From Macrostomum lignano (Eukaryota): 64,000 nt of DNA. The stretch spans positions 186,001-250,000 of the forward strand of contig NIVC01000413.1 in assembly GCA_002269645.1 (NCBI GenBank), given 5' to 3'. Below are positions 1 to 11,630 of this stretch, in pieces; position 1 is the first letter of the stretch, and the number at the start of each line of letters is the position of its first letter. A model generated the notes under the pieces. The model made no database searches, was not told the DNA's origin, and worked only from the letters and a program-made list of their open reading frames with translations. The translations under genes and the position numbers were made by a program.

Positions 1-1158
1 CGCATCCGCCAGTTGACCCTGATCCTGATCTTCGTCGATTTCAGGAAGGCTTTCGACTCGGTCGTGAGGGACGCGCTCCCAGAGGTGCTCCGTGCGTACA
101 ACGTGCCAGAGCTGCTGATTTCTGCTGTCATGGCGCTGTACCACGGCACGACGGCTGCTGTCTCAACACCGGACGGCCTATCGGATTTCTTCGAGACATC
201 CTCCGGGGTGCTCCAGGGAGATACGCTAGCGCCGTTCCTATTTATTCTGGTGCTTGACTGGGTGCTACGGACTGCTCTGCCTTCCAACGACGACGGCTTC
301 CTGCTGCGGCGACGCGTGGGTCGACGCCAACCGGAGAGACGGCTCAGCGTGCTTGGCTACGCCGATGACCTCGCCCTGCTGTCCTCGACCGTCGAGGGCG
401 CCCAACGACAGCTGGATAGGCTGGTTGCCGTTGCGGCGAGCGTCGGCCTGGTGGTCAACACGCAGAAGACCGTCGTGCTATGCGTGCCGGACGACACCGA
501 GGCTGGAATCTTCTGCCGAGGCGCTGACGGACAGGCGAGTGAGCTTCCAAGATGTCAGCAGTTCGTCTACCTCGGCGGTCTGGTTCCCGACGTTCGCGAG
601 GATCTGCGGCGTCGCCGAGGACTTGCTTGGGCTGCCTTTCGTTCTATAAGGTCAGTCCTGCAGTCCGAGGCCCTACCGGACCGCCAGAGGGCGGCGCTGT
701 TCCAGGCGGTGATCGAGACCGTCCTGTTATACAACGCCGAGACCTGGACGCTGACAGACTCGCTCGAGGCTCAAGTCGACGCGGCGCACGCTGGCCTGCT
801 GCGCGCCGCCTTCAAGATCGGCAACGAGCGAGTCACCAACACGGCGCTCTATCATCGCGCCGGCCTGGCCCGTCCTAGCGATCTGCTGCGCCGTCGGCGA
901 CTCCAGCTGGCAGGCCACGTCATCCGCGCCGAGGCCTACTGTCCGGAGCCGGTGCAGGAGGTGCTGCTACTTACGTTGCAGGCACCCTACCGGCGGGGAC
1001 AGGCGAAGACTCGGCGCTACGTCGACTGTCTGCTGGCTGACGCCGGCGCCCCGGACTCTGCCGGCGGTGCGGCTTTTGTTCGCGCCCAAGCTTTGAAGCG
1101 CGCCATCTGACGCTGCTTTTGTGAACTGGCAGCGTACTCTGTTGTTGTTGTTGTTGTT
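1..1158 (+). mobile_element. 3' part of an RTE-clade non-LTR retrotransposon (RT C-terminal half, short 3' UTR, (GTT)6 tail); continues left of the window
   Basis: ORF 13-1110 has the RT motifs DFRKAFDSV, LQGDTLAP, YADD and FVYLG. It also has the RTE-typical C-terminal motifs NAETWTLT, RRRLQLAGHV and RRGQ..RRYVDCL. Stop at 1108-1110, hairpin acgctgc(1110-1116)/gcagcgt(1129-1135), (gtt)6 at 1141-1158. Confidence 0.9.
13..1110 (+). CDS. Reverse transcriptase of RTE-like retrotransposon (partial, 5' end outside window)
   Basis: Uninterrupted 365-codon frame with the YADD catalytic motif. Confidence 0.9.
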   Translation: MTLILIFVDFRKAFDSVVRDALPEVLRAYNVPELLISAVMALYHGTTAAVSTPDGLSDFFETSSGVLQGDTLAPFLFILVLDWVLRTALPSNDDGFLLRRRVGRRQPERRLSVLGYADDLALLSSTVEGAQRQLDRLVAVAASVGLVVNTQKTVVLCVPDDTEAGIFCRGADGQASELPRCQQFVYLGGLVPDVREDLRRRRGLAWAAFRSIRSVLQSEALPDRQRAALFQAVIETVLLYNAETWTLTDSLEAQVDAAHAGLLRAAFKIGNERVTNTALYHRAGLARPSDLLRRRRLQLAGHVIRAEAYCPEPVQEVLLLTLQAPYRRGQAKTRRYVDCLLADAGAPDSAGGAAFVRAQALKRAI

Positions 1159-1571
1159 AGAGTAGACAATGGGGTAGAAATAGAGTACACAGTGGGTACT
1201 CGAATTTAGTTGTTGAGAAGAGTGGCAGAGTAGAGAACAAAAGAGGTAAAGAGCTCACTGGCAGTTTTTCAGAGAAAAGTTGAACTGCGAGCTGCTTTGT
1301 CAAGGCCAGTTTTTTCACAAAAAGCATTTGTTAAGTCTATCAAAAATGCTTTTTGAGAGGATGGAATGACGAGATTGTAAATAATGCAGATGATTTACTG
1401 GAATTTCTCACTCCAGTGCTAGCCAGCAGCAGTCTGGCCCAGCTTCTAGGACAGTTGACACTTTTAATAGTAAAATTAGTCAAGTTTATTGCGCCATTAT
1501 TGTGGGAAATTTCAGTTGTTTTGTAGCTTGTCTTAGCTAGCTCAGATAGATAGGATCGCTATTTATCTGGT

Positions 1572-1792
1572 TACTCGTCTACTCATCTAGCTACTCATCT
1601 ACTCATCTAGCTACTCATCTACTCATCTAGCTACTCATCTACTCATCTAGCGTCTCATCTACTCATCTAGCTACTCATCCACTCATCTAGCGTCTCATCT
1701 ACTCATCTACTCATCTAGCTACTCATCCACTCATCTAGCTACTCATCTACTCATCTAGCTACTTATCTACTCATCTAGCTACCCATCTATTA
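1572..1792. repeat. Tandem repeat built on ctactcatct/ctactcatctag
   Basis: Visible reiteration of 10-12 bp subunits. Confidence 0.9.
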
Positions 1793-2137
1793 TCAAAAGT
1801 ACAGATTTTCAGTGAGAGTAAAAAATAGGCTGCATGCTTGAGAAATGCAATGCAATAAATAGATCAGAGTAAGTGTGCTTGCTGCATAACAGAACAGTAA
1901 TGCACCTCACTAGGGAACTCACTCGCTAACAAGCCAAATCACCCCATCACCTGTCTACCTGCCTTGCCTTCCCAGTCTCTCTCTTGTGCTGACGCTAATC
2001 CAGAAAAGGGATTATAATTTACAATACCTGTAGCATTACTGTAACATATAGTTCCCCAATTATATGAGAGGCACGTTAAGAGGACTTCAACCAGTGCCAA
2101 CAGAGCTTTGATAAACCTGTCCAAGCCCCAATCTCCA

Positions 2138-3179
2138 GTCAGTCAGTCAGTCAGTCAGTCAGTCAGTCAGTCAGTCAGTCAGTCAGTCAGTCAGTCAGTC
2201 AGTCAGTCAGTCAGTCAGTCAGTCAGTCAGTCAGTCAGTCAGTCAGTCAGTCAGTCAGTCAGTCAGTCAGTCAGTCAGTCAGTCAGTCAGTCAGTCAGTC
2301 AGTCAGTCAGTCAGTCAGTCAGTCAGTCAGTCAGTCAGTCAGTCAGTCAGTCAGTCAGTCAGTCAGTCAGTCAGTCAGTCAGTCAGTCAGTCAGTCAGTC
2401 AGTCAGTCAGTCAGTCAGTCAGTCAGTCAGTCAGTCAGTCAGTCAGTCAGTCAGTCAGTCAGTCAGTCAGTCAGTCAGTCAGTCAGTCAGTCAGTCAGTC
2501 AGTCAGTCAGTCAGTCAGTCAGTCAGTCAGTCAGTCAGTCAGTCAGTCAGTCAGTCAGTCAGTCAGTCAGTCAGTCAGTCAGTCAGTCAGTCAGTCAGTC
2601 AGTCAGTCAGTCAGTCAGTCAGTCAGTCAGTCAGTCAGTCAGTCAGTCAGTCAGTCAGTCAGTCAGTCAGTCAGTCAGTCAGTCAGTCAGTCAGTCAGTC
2701 AGTCAGTCAGTCAGTCAGTCAGTCAGTCAGTCAGTCAGTCAGTCAGTCAGTCAGTCAGTCAGTCAGTCAGTTAGTCAGTCAGTCAGTCAGTCAGTCAGTC
2801 AGTCAGTCAGTCAGTCAGTCAGTCAGTCAGTCAGTCAGTCAGTCAGTCAGTCAGTCAGTCAGTCAGTCAGTCAGTCAGTCAGTCAGTCAGTCAGTCAGTC
2901 AGTCAGTCAGTCAGTCAGTCAGTCAGTCAGTCAGTCAGTCAGTCAGTCAGTCAGTCAGTCAGTCAGTCAGTCAGTCAGTCAGTCAGTCAGTCAGTCAGTC
3001 AGTCAGTCAGTCAGTCAGTCAGTCAGTCAGTCAGTCAGTCAGTCAGTCAGTCAGTCAGTCAGTCAGTCAGTCAGTCAGTCAGTCAGTCAGGCAGGCAGTC
3101 AGGCAGTCAGTCAGTCAGTCAGTCAGTCAGTCAGGCAGTCAGGCAGTCAGTCAGTCAGTCAGTCAGTCAGTCAGTCAGT
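2138..3179. repeat. (AGTC)n microsatellite, about 1.04 kb
   Basis: Near-perfect tetranucleotide array of about 260 units, with few variants. Confidence 0.98.
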
Positions 3180-3659
3180 GATCACTCACGATTGTCAGCA
3201 GGGCTGTCAGCAGTGGCAGGTGCAGCTTCAGCGGTAGTCAAGTGGCCACAGATCCTGTGTAATATGAACAAAAACCACAAAAGATGCAACATTTTGCTTC
3301 CTAATTTCACAGAAGATGCTTGGAGTGAATCCTGGTCTCTGTCTGTCTATAAGAGTTGAATATTTGTAGCAGAAGGAAAAAGCAGCGCTTAAAATTACTG
3401 AGCAGGGCTGGCACCGGGGATGAGCAGCTTCGGATCAGAGCGTTGGGCAACAGTGGGCCAATAGAAAGCGGCGTACAGGTGTTGAAAACGCAGACTCTCT
3501 TCCTCATCTCTACGAGTATCCCTGCCCCTCTTTCGGCTCAGACCTAATTTGGATTTTGAACAGGGAACAGGAATCAGGTAAAATTGCATTTTTTAGTCAT
3601 TCCATTCCGCATTGTATGGAGGGTAGAGTCTGTTCTTTTGTCTCTATTCTCTTGTATAG

Positions 3660-5130
3660 CCCACTATTCAGTCTCTAGTCCATCTCACTCTCTAGTCTCT
3701 AGCCTCTAGTCTCTAGTCTCTAGTCTCTAGTCTCTAGTCTCTAGTTCTCTAGTCCATCTCACTCTCTAGTCTCTAGTCTCCAGTCTCTAGCCTCTAGTCT
3801 ATTCTCTAGTTCATCTCACTCTCTAGTCTCTAGCCTCTAGTCTATTCTCTAGTTCATCTCACTCTCTAGTCTCTAGCCTCTAGTCTCTAGTCTTTAGTTC
3901 TCTAGTCCATCTCACTCTCTAGTCTCTAGTCTCTAGCCTCTAGTCTCTAGTTCTCTAGTTCATCTCACTCTCTAGTCTCTAGTCTCTAGCCTCTAGTCTC
4001 TAGTTCTCTAGTCCATCTCACTCTCTAGTCTCTAGTCTCCAGTCTCTAGCCTCTAGTCTATTCTCTAGTTCATCTCACTCTCTAGTCTCTAGCCTCTAGT
4101 CTATTCTCTAGTTCATCTCACTCTCTAGTCTCTAGCCTCTAGTCTATTCTCTAGTTCATCTCACTCTCTAGTCTCTAGTCTCCAGTCTCTAGTCTCTTGT
4201 ATAGCCCACTATTCAGTCTCCAGTCCATCTCACTCTCTAGTCTCTAGTCTCTAGTCTCTAGTTCTCTAGTTCATCTCACTCTCTAGTCTCTAGCCTCTAG
4301 TCTCTAGTCTCTAGTTCTCTAGTTCATCTCACTCTCTAGTCTCTAGCCTCTAGTCTCTAGTCTCTAGTTCTCTAGTCCATCTCACTCTCTAGTCTCTAGT
4401 CTCTAGTCTCTAGCCTCTAGTCTCTAGTTCTCTAGTCCATCTCACTCTCTAGTCTCCAGTCTCTAGCCTCTAGTCTATTCTCTAGTTCATCTCACTCTCT
4501 AGTCTCTAGCCTCTAGTCTCTAGTCTCTAGTTCTCTAGTTCATCTCACTCTCTAGTCTCTAGCCTCTAGTCTCTAGTCTCTAGTTCTCTAGTCCATCTCA
4601 CTCTCTAGTCTCTAGTCTCTAGTTCTCTAGTTCATCTCACTCTCTAGTCTCTAGCCTCTAGTCTCTAGTCTCTAGTTCTCTAGTCCATCTCACTCTCTAG
4701 TCTCTAGTCTCTAGTCTCTAGCCTCTAGTCTCTAGTTCTCTAGTCCATCTCACTCTCTAGTCTCTAGTCTCTAGTCTCTAGCCTCTAGTCTCTAGTTCTC
4801 TAGTTCATCTCACTCTCCAGTCTCTAGCCTCTAGTCTCTAGTCTCTAGTTCTCTAGTCCATCTCACTCTCTAGTCTCTAGCCTCTAGTCTCTAGTCTCTA
4901 GTTCTCTAGTCCATCTCACTCTCTAGTCTCTAGTCTCTAGTCTCTAGCCTCTAGTCTCTAGTTCTCTAGTCCATCTCACTCTCTAGTCTCTAGCCTCTAG
5001 TCTCTAGTCTCTAGTTCTCTAGTTCATCTCACTCTCCAGTCTCCAGTCTCTAGTCTATCTCACTATCTAGTCTATAGTCTCTAATCTCCAGTCTATAGTT
5101 AATCTCACTCTCTATTCTCTCAATCTATCT
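3660..5130. repeat. Compound (CTCTAGT)n satellite with catctcact spacers (higher-order structure)
   Basis: 7-bp unit reiterated with periodic insertions. Confidence 0.95.
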
Positions 5131-5596
5131 CACTCTCTACTTTAATCTGTCTCCAAGACTATATTCATCTTTATAATTTTGTTCTCTTGGTTTAAAGCAT
5201 AATTTTTCTATTTCCCGTCAATTTGTTTCCTTTATCCCAACACCAATTTCCCATCTGTCCGTGCCACCCAGCTGTCACAAAAATTGCCACAACAGAGATG
5301 CTCTGCTGAGCTCAAATTATCTCTGAGATGTCTATCAGCTTGGTAAAGAAAAAAAATCAATTTTTCCAAGTGCTGAGCTCAGCCATTTGTTTAATTGTAT
5401 TAGCATGTAATTTTTCTACACTACGCACACTAAATGCACTTTTCGCAATGGTTATAGAAATTGCGGACAGAAAACCTGCGATACTTGTTGTAATGAATAA
5501 AAAGCATCAACATGATTCTTTGGGGAATTTTTTGTATTTGTAGGACTTCAGCAAGACTTTGGCGTAATTGACAGAGAAACTAGCTGAAATCAAAGA

Positions 5597-6000
5597 CTAC
5601 TTGTCCACAATCTCTGCTTACCTGTCCACAATCTCTGCTTACCTGTCCACAATCTCTCTTTACCTGTCCACAATCTCTCTTTACCTGTCCAGAATCTCTG
5701 CTTACCTGTCCACAATCTCTGCTTACCTGTCCACAATCTCTGCTTACCTGTCCACAATCTCTGCTTACCTGTCCACAATCTCTGCTTACCTGTCCACAAT
5801 CTCTGCTTACCTGTCCACAATCTCTGCTTACCTGTCCACAATCTCTGCTTACCTGTCCACAATCTCTGCTTACCTGTCCACAATCTCTGCTTACCTGTCC
5901 ACAAGCTCAAAATAACTAGTCCACAATCTCAAATAACCTGTCCACAATCTCAAATAACCTGTCCACAAGCTCAAATAACCTGTCCACAATCTCAAATACC
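5597..6000. repeat. 21-bp minisatellite acctgtccacaatctctgctt
   Basis: About 14 near-identical copies plus a degenerate tail. Confidence 0.95.
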
Positions 6001-6444
6001 GTACCTGTCGCTAAAGAAATTATCCACAGCTCACAGGCAATCAGTGCCTCAATCGGAAAAGTTCCGGTCCATCAATTACGGATAAGACGAATTTGCGTTG
6101 AAGCCTTCTTCATCCTTCGCTCGCCTCCGTTTCTGTCCCTACTGCCAGGGAAGCCTCTTTGTTCGCCTCGCTCACCAGGAAGCGACACTCACATGGCCCC
6201 TTCGTCCCCACCTCCTCTACAAGTTTAGTCTCGTTTTGGGAACTTGGGAAGCAAAGAATTTTTGTCCTTCGTTTACTGTACACTGAATTACTCTCATATC
6301 TTTTCTATTCAAATATGTTATGCCTATATCTTCTTGTGCAGGATATCATTTAGGCAGCAAAAAACAACTAATATCAACTCACTCTAAGCAATTCTCTGAT
6401 TTTCTAAACTCTAATTTTTTAATCGAACATTTGCATAATACATC

Positions 6445-9400
6445 ATGGGATACAAGTGCTGTGTTCCAGCTTGTGTTACTAGTTTGCCTCGGTATAAGAA
6501 GGACCCGACTGTTTCCATCCACAAGTTTCCTTCTGTCGAGAATCTGGATCTGCTGAACAAGTGGATCGCTACAATTCCTCGACAATGGACTGAGGCCGAG
6601 CTGTGTAAGCTGCGGTCTGACCCAAGTCACAACTATCGGGTTTGCTCTCTGCATTTTCCAGGTAAGTTTTTGTGACTGTCTCTGCGGATTCCAACCCAAA
6701 TCGCAAAAGGCTGGCAGCTGACGATCAATTGACTGCTACTGCTAAGCTGAAAAACCGGCGTCTGACAGATGATGCTGTGCCGTGCATCTTCCCGAATGTT
6801 GCATCCTACTTGAGCAAGGCCGTCCCGGAAGAGAGGCAAACGGTTTGTACATCGGCTGAGAGCCGTCGAGAGAACGACATTCAGCATTGCGAGGTAGAAG
6901 CAGAGAAGCTTCTACAAAAGGATGTGATTTCTGACTTCCACGCTATTGGGCCATACGATCTACCAGATCATCTAAGGTGCTTTTTCAAGGTGATCTCTGA
7001 ATCGAGTGTAACCTTTTTTACAACTAGAATGTCCGGTGCCGGCAACTTGGAGATTGCCACATCGCTGAATGTTGGCCAAGAGCTGCTGTTTGAGGTCACA
7101 GTTGGTGGTGATAAGCAAGCCTCTTTTGCTGGAGATCTGGTAGCTGATTCCAGTCTTAAAACCTTTGCCCAACTTGAAAACATCCTAGCTAGGCTAAAAA
7201 ATGTCCGTTTGGAAGATTGCCGGCATGGTTATGAGGTGCACCTCTTACTAGCTCAGGAGGCAGTCACGAAAGCTATCACCGACTTGTCAGCTAAGATTGA
7301 AGTCAAGAGTGATCAAGAGCTGGATACATCCATTGAGGAGGCTGCCTTTGCTAAACTGAATTTTCTTGTCGAGCAGCTAAGCTTTTCGAGTTTGAAGAAG
7401 GGGAAGATAACATACTCTAGCGAGCTACTTGCTTTTTCATACCTGTTGCAGCACCACAGCCCATCAGCGTACAATTTCATTCGGAAATCCAACACAGTCA
7501 ACCTGCCAAGTGTTAGGCATCTGCAGAGGCTTTCTTCCGGACTCGCCAAAACTGTGTGCGCTTTTTTGATCAAGTCGCTGCATGGAGACTTCCAGGAAGT
7601 AATTTCTCTTATTCCAAAAAGTAGGTTTAGTGCTCTGGACTTGCAAAATCACCTCACTGACTGCCTTGCTCTGCTTGATCGGGTTCACCTGAGGCCAGTG
7701 GTGTGCATTGTTGACAACAATGCAGTGAATAGGAGCCTCTTTCAAGGTCTTCTATGCAAAGGCAAGCTGCAATCATCAATTCCGAATCCGGTGTCTGGCG
7801 AGCCGCTGTTCCTTCTCTTCTACCCTGTACACAACTTTAAGAACATCTTGAACAATTGGATTTCGCGCCAGGTGTTTCAACTTCCGGACTTCACCGATCC
7901 CCAGAAAATCCAAACAGCAGATTTTCGCGATTTGCACAAACTTCATGAACAAGAAATTGGGCAACCAGCTCGAATCGCCTTTCAACTGAATACAAGGTCC
8001 TTGAATCCAACGAACCTGGAGAAAACTAATGTTCAGCACGCAGCCAGCATCTTCAGCGAGTCTACTGTAGAAGCAGCCAAGTTCTACCATTTTTTCTCTG
8101 GCTTGTTAGCTTTCCTAGCACTCATTCTTAACATGTGGACGATCTGGAATGTCAAGACCACTAGGAAAGCGAAGGAAAAGCGGCTTCCCGACGCCGCTCC
8201 GCTGGTGCCAAACGACCACCGCCTCGACAAGCTGCGCCAGTTTGCCGCTTTCTTCCAACGTTGGGAGGATTCGAAGTTGCCCGGCTTGACTGCTCCCACT
8301 TTCCTGGCTGTTGAGTCCTGCTGTCTCACTCTTGCTGATCTTTCCGAGCACCTTTTCACTAGGTATTTATTTCCCTCTGTTTTGACAGGTAGGATAGTCA
8401 GTGACTGGATCGAGCGGCGCTTTGGTCGCTACCGCCAGTTTCACGGAGGCAACTATTTTGTTTCTGTCCGGCAGATCCTTCAAGCCGAGAAGAAAATTCG
8501 CGTTTCCAGCCTGCTTCAGTTTCATGGCCTTGGACTGAAAGATTTAAAAATTCTTGACCAGGCGAGTTCATCCGAGTTTTTTAATCCACTCTTATTCGTG
8601 AAGCTTCCATGTCTCCAGCATCTTGACGCCGCTCTTACATCTAGTGACCGAAACATTTGTTCCTATCTTGGTGGCTACGTGTCTAAAGCTCTATGCGGCC
8701 AGCTGCATGAAGTGCACTGATTGCAAGAATCTTCTACTTACTAAAGATTACTAGGAGTTTATTGCCGAAGAGGACTCTGCTGACGACTTTGCCCTGATTC
8801 AAATGCGTGACCGAGGGGGGCCGTAGCCCAGCGGTAGCGCAGCTGCTCTGGTGTGCCAGCGACCCAGGCTCGATTCCAAGTGCAGTCACATTAATTTGGG
8901 CTGAATTGGAATCTCTGCTTGGCTCTGCTCGTGCAATTAACGGCCTTGAGAGCCAACCCCCAAGGCGCAGTGAAGTGTACATGCCTAACGATAAAATAAA
9001 GTTAGGGCCGCTGTACACTCCTGTGTGAGTGTGTGCCTGCGTACGTCCGCGCGCTTGTATGCCTGCTCAGGGGAGTCGGCGGAATGGGCAGTAATGCCTC
9101 TCGCCGGTTGTGTGCCTATGTCGCTTAAAGTGCGCCAGGGGGCACACAACCCCCTGCCTCTAATAAAAAAATGCGTGACCGAGGCGGTCTGAGGTGCCCC
9201 AGCAAATTCGTATTTTTTCTTTTGAAGGCATCCTACTTCATGTTTGGACATCTGCGAGATAATGATCTGTTAACTGCTGATCTTCTCACCTCTGGTAATT
9301 TAGTTCCAAATATTGTTGAGCTCTGCCAGGACTAAGTGAGCGAATCCACTGATTTTACGACCCTTTCAAGCCGGACTTGAAGTTGTGGAAAGGCAGCTGC

Positions 9401-9542
9401 TACTCTTTCTTCGTGGATCTTAATTCCTGCAGTCCGGATTTATCTAAATAATTTTGTCAATGAGACAAACGATAAGAAGGCGAAGAACCAGAAGGCGACG
9501 AATCGTAAGGCGTCCAAGCTTTCCAGCAAGAGTTCGAGCTAG
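6445..9542 (+). pseudogene. THAP-domain P-like transposase, disrupted
   Basis: THAP C2CH motifs (KCCVPAC..KFPS..W..CSLHF..DAVPCIF). Core motifs VDNNAVN and DWIERRFGRYRQFHGGNY. C-terminal KCTDC, DRGGLRCPS and YLNNFVNETND run to the stop at 9540-9542. Lesions: frameshift at T-run 6667-6671, frameshift near 8705, stop near 8752, SINE insertion at 8817, and an apparent loss of the first catalytic-Asp segment. Confidence 0.85.
8817..9168 (+). mobile_element. tRNA-derived SINE inserted in the transposase
   Basis: A box tagcccagcgg and B box ggctcgattcc in a tRNA-like head. 3' hairpin ggttgtgtgcc(9106-9116)/ggcacacaacc(9141-9151), A-rich tail. Perfect 16-bp TSD aaatgcgtgaccgagg at 8801-8816 and 9169-9184. 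Confidence 0.92.
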
Positions 9543-10219
9543 CTGTTTAATATGCGTTTTAACGAGGGAAGCTCAGATTTTAAGCCGAGATTTTTCCTTT
9601 TTGTGTATAATATTTATTGACGATTGTTAATTTTTTCAGTTTCATTTATTTGTTGTATAATTTGTAATTGCAGCCTTTTATTTTTCAAATAAACACGTAT
9701 CAATTTATACACTTTTTCATACTGAGCGCACTGAAATAAGTGGGCTCTCGGGTAGTCTGGGGAAGAAAAATGAGACCCAACTTGTATGTATAGCTAGGCA
9801 CGATTTCAGTGTCTCTTCCTGGTTAGCGAAGCGAACAAAGAGGCTTCCCTGCCCTACTCAAATATCATTTGCCTACTCGCATCAAATGGGGAATTTCGGA
9901 TTGAGAATCTGATTGAATGTAACCTACAGGTGCCCGGCTCCGAGTGCCCAATGTTCCTGTCCTGCAGATAAAGTACTTCCCTCCCTGATACACTCTCTTC
10001 TCTTCTTAGTACGTGCAACCTCGAGTGCGCTAGTTGAATTAAGAAACAGAGATAAGAAGAGAAGGGCTGAGAGTGTTGAGCACTGCGGAGCCAGGTGTCT
10101 TTAATAATATTTAAATTTATCACTTCAATCAAATACAATCTTGCCTGCACGCAGCTGTTCGCAGTCGGCATTGTAAATTCATGCAGTACCTGTCATACAG
10201 ATTTTCGTATCTACGGTAA

Positions 10220-10590
10220 CCTCTGCTCCTCCTCTCCTCACTCTACTCTCCCTCTCCCTCTACACGTCATCTCCTTCTCACTCCACTCGCCATCTCCTTC
10301 TCACCCTTCTCTCCATCTCCTTCTCACTCTACTCTTGCACTCCTTCTCAATCTACTCTCCACCTCCTTCTCACTCTAATATTCATCTGCTTCTCACCCTA
10401 CTCTTGCACTCCTTTTCAATCTACTCTCCATCTCCTTCTCACTTTACTCTCCATCTCCTTCTCATTCTACTCTCTTTCTCATTTTAACTCTACTCTCAAT
10501 CTTCTTCTCACTCTATACTATCACTCTCCTTTTCGCTCTACTCCCCATCTCCTCCCTACCCAATCTACCTCATATTTGCCCTCCTCTGGC
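10220..10590. repeat. CT-rich degenerate tandem/low-complexity region
   Basis: Repeated ctccatctccttctcactctact-like units. Confidence 0.8.
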
Positions 10591-11269
10591 TCTCTTCCAT
10601 AATCCCTCGCTCAGCAGCACACAAGTCCTGCATATTTGGGCCTAAAACGCCATAGCACCACCATTATCTTGTTTTTTCTTCTAGGCTACCTATAGAAGCA
10701 TCATAAAAGCCAAAAAGCTACTCGATAGACGCTAATCGCATCCCAAAATCGGATATACAAGGAGCGCATTTCGCTATAAGTTACACACAAAGACAGTATG
10801 ACAGGACTCGAGCTGACAGACTCAAGCTCAGTTTCCAGCGACCCTTCAGCTGCTCGGAAATCTTCTGTGCACAAAAATGATGACTACAGCCCGCAAGGCA
10901 TCCTGAGCCAGAGGGTCATTAGGCGTCATATTAGGCAGACACTGCATGGCGCAAGGCGTGACCTGGGAAGGAAATAAGATAGGACTGTCCCATCCGCTGC
11001 ATTAGCTCAGCTTGTCCCAGACTCCAAGCACCTAAACCCCAGCTGGCTCTAAGAGCATTGGCGCATGTATAATCCATATTAAGCATATTAAAGATAATAA
11101 TGATGATTCAGTCTCGTGCTCGAGACGCGTTTTTTTCGATTTTATATAAGTTTGATGCTGTTTCGGGTTAGTTGAATTAGTGGCTAAGGCGGGATCAGCT
11201 TTGCGCCTCGTTAATCAGCTGCAGCCTGCGTACCGCCGAGGGGCGACACAGCTATGGTTTAGCGGCTGA

Positions 11270-11630
11270 TGTGGGTGGTGGGTGCTGTGGGGTGTTGGGT
11301 ATTGTGGGGTGGTGGGTGTTGTGGAGAGGTGGGTGCTGTGGGGTGGTGGGTGCTGTGGAGAGGTGGGTGCTGTGGGGTGGTGGGTGTTGTGGGATGGTGG
11401 GTGCTGTGGAGAGGTGGGTGCTGTGGGGAGGTGGGTGTTTTGGGGTGGTGGGTGCTGTGGGGTGTTGGGTATTGTGGGGAGGTGGGTGTTGTGGGGTGGT
11501 GGGTGTTGTGGATAGGTGGGTGCTGTGGGGAGGTCGGTGTTGTGGGGTGGTGGGTGCTGTGGGGTGGTGGGTGCTGTGGGGTGTTGGGTATTGTGGGGAG
11601 GTGGGTGTTGTGGGGTGGTGGGTGCTGTAA
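11270..11630. repeat. G-rich minisatellite (gggtggtgggtgctgtgg-like)
   Basis: Visible degenerate reiteration; source of the PHST/GWW artefact ORFs. Confidence 0.9.

Larger units (their letters stand above)
6146..9851 (+). mobile_element. P-superfamily (P/Galileo-like) THAP DNA transposon with both ends; non-autonomous and decayed
   Basis: TIRs 6146-6189 (cagggaagcctctttgttcgcctcgctcaccaggaagcgacact) and 9808-9851 match at 41/44, with the first 21 bp perfect. Direct repeat ccctact at 6137-6143 and 9852-9858 (left copy offset by 2 nt). Encloses a THAP + transposase ORF. Confidence 0.88.

Noticed and set aside
2108-3181. 357-aa SQSV ORF
   Set aside because: Translation of (AGTC)n; no real start or gene signals.
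5568-5915. YLSTISA and WTGKQRL ORFs
   Set aside because: Frames of a 21-bp minisatellite.
9095-9151. HDV-like ribozyme motif (gcc-tctcgcc-ggt) in the SINE
   Set aside because: The P1 partner lies downstream rather than upstream; better explained as a simple 3' hairpin.
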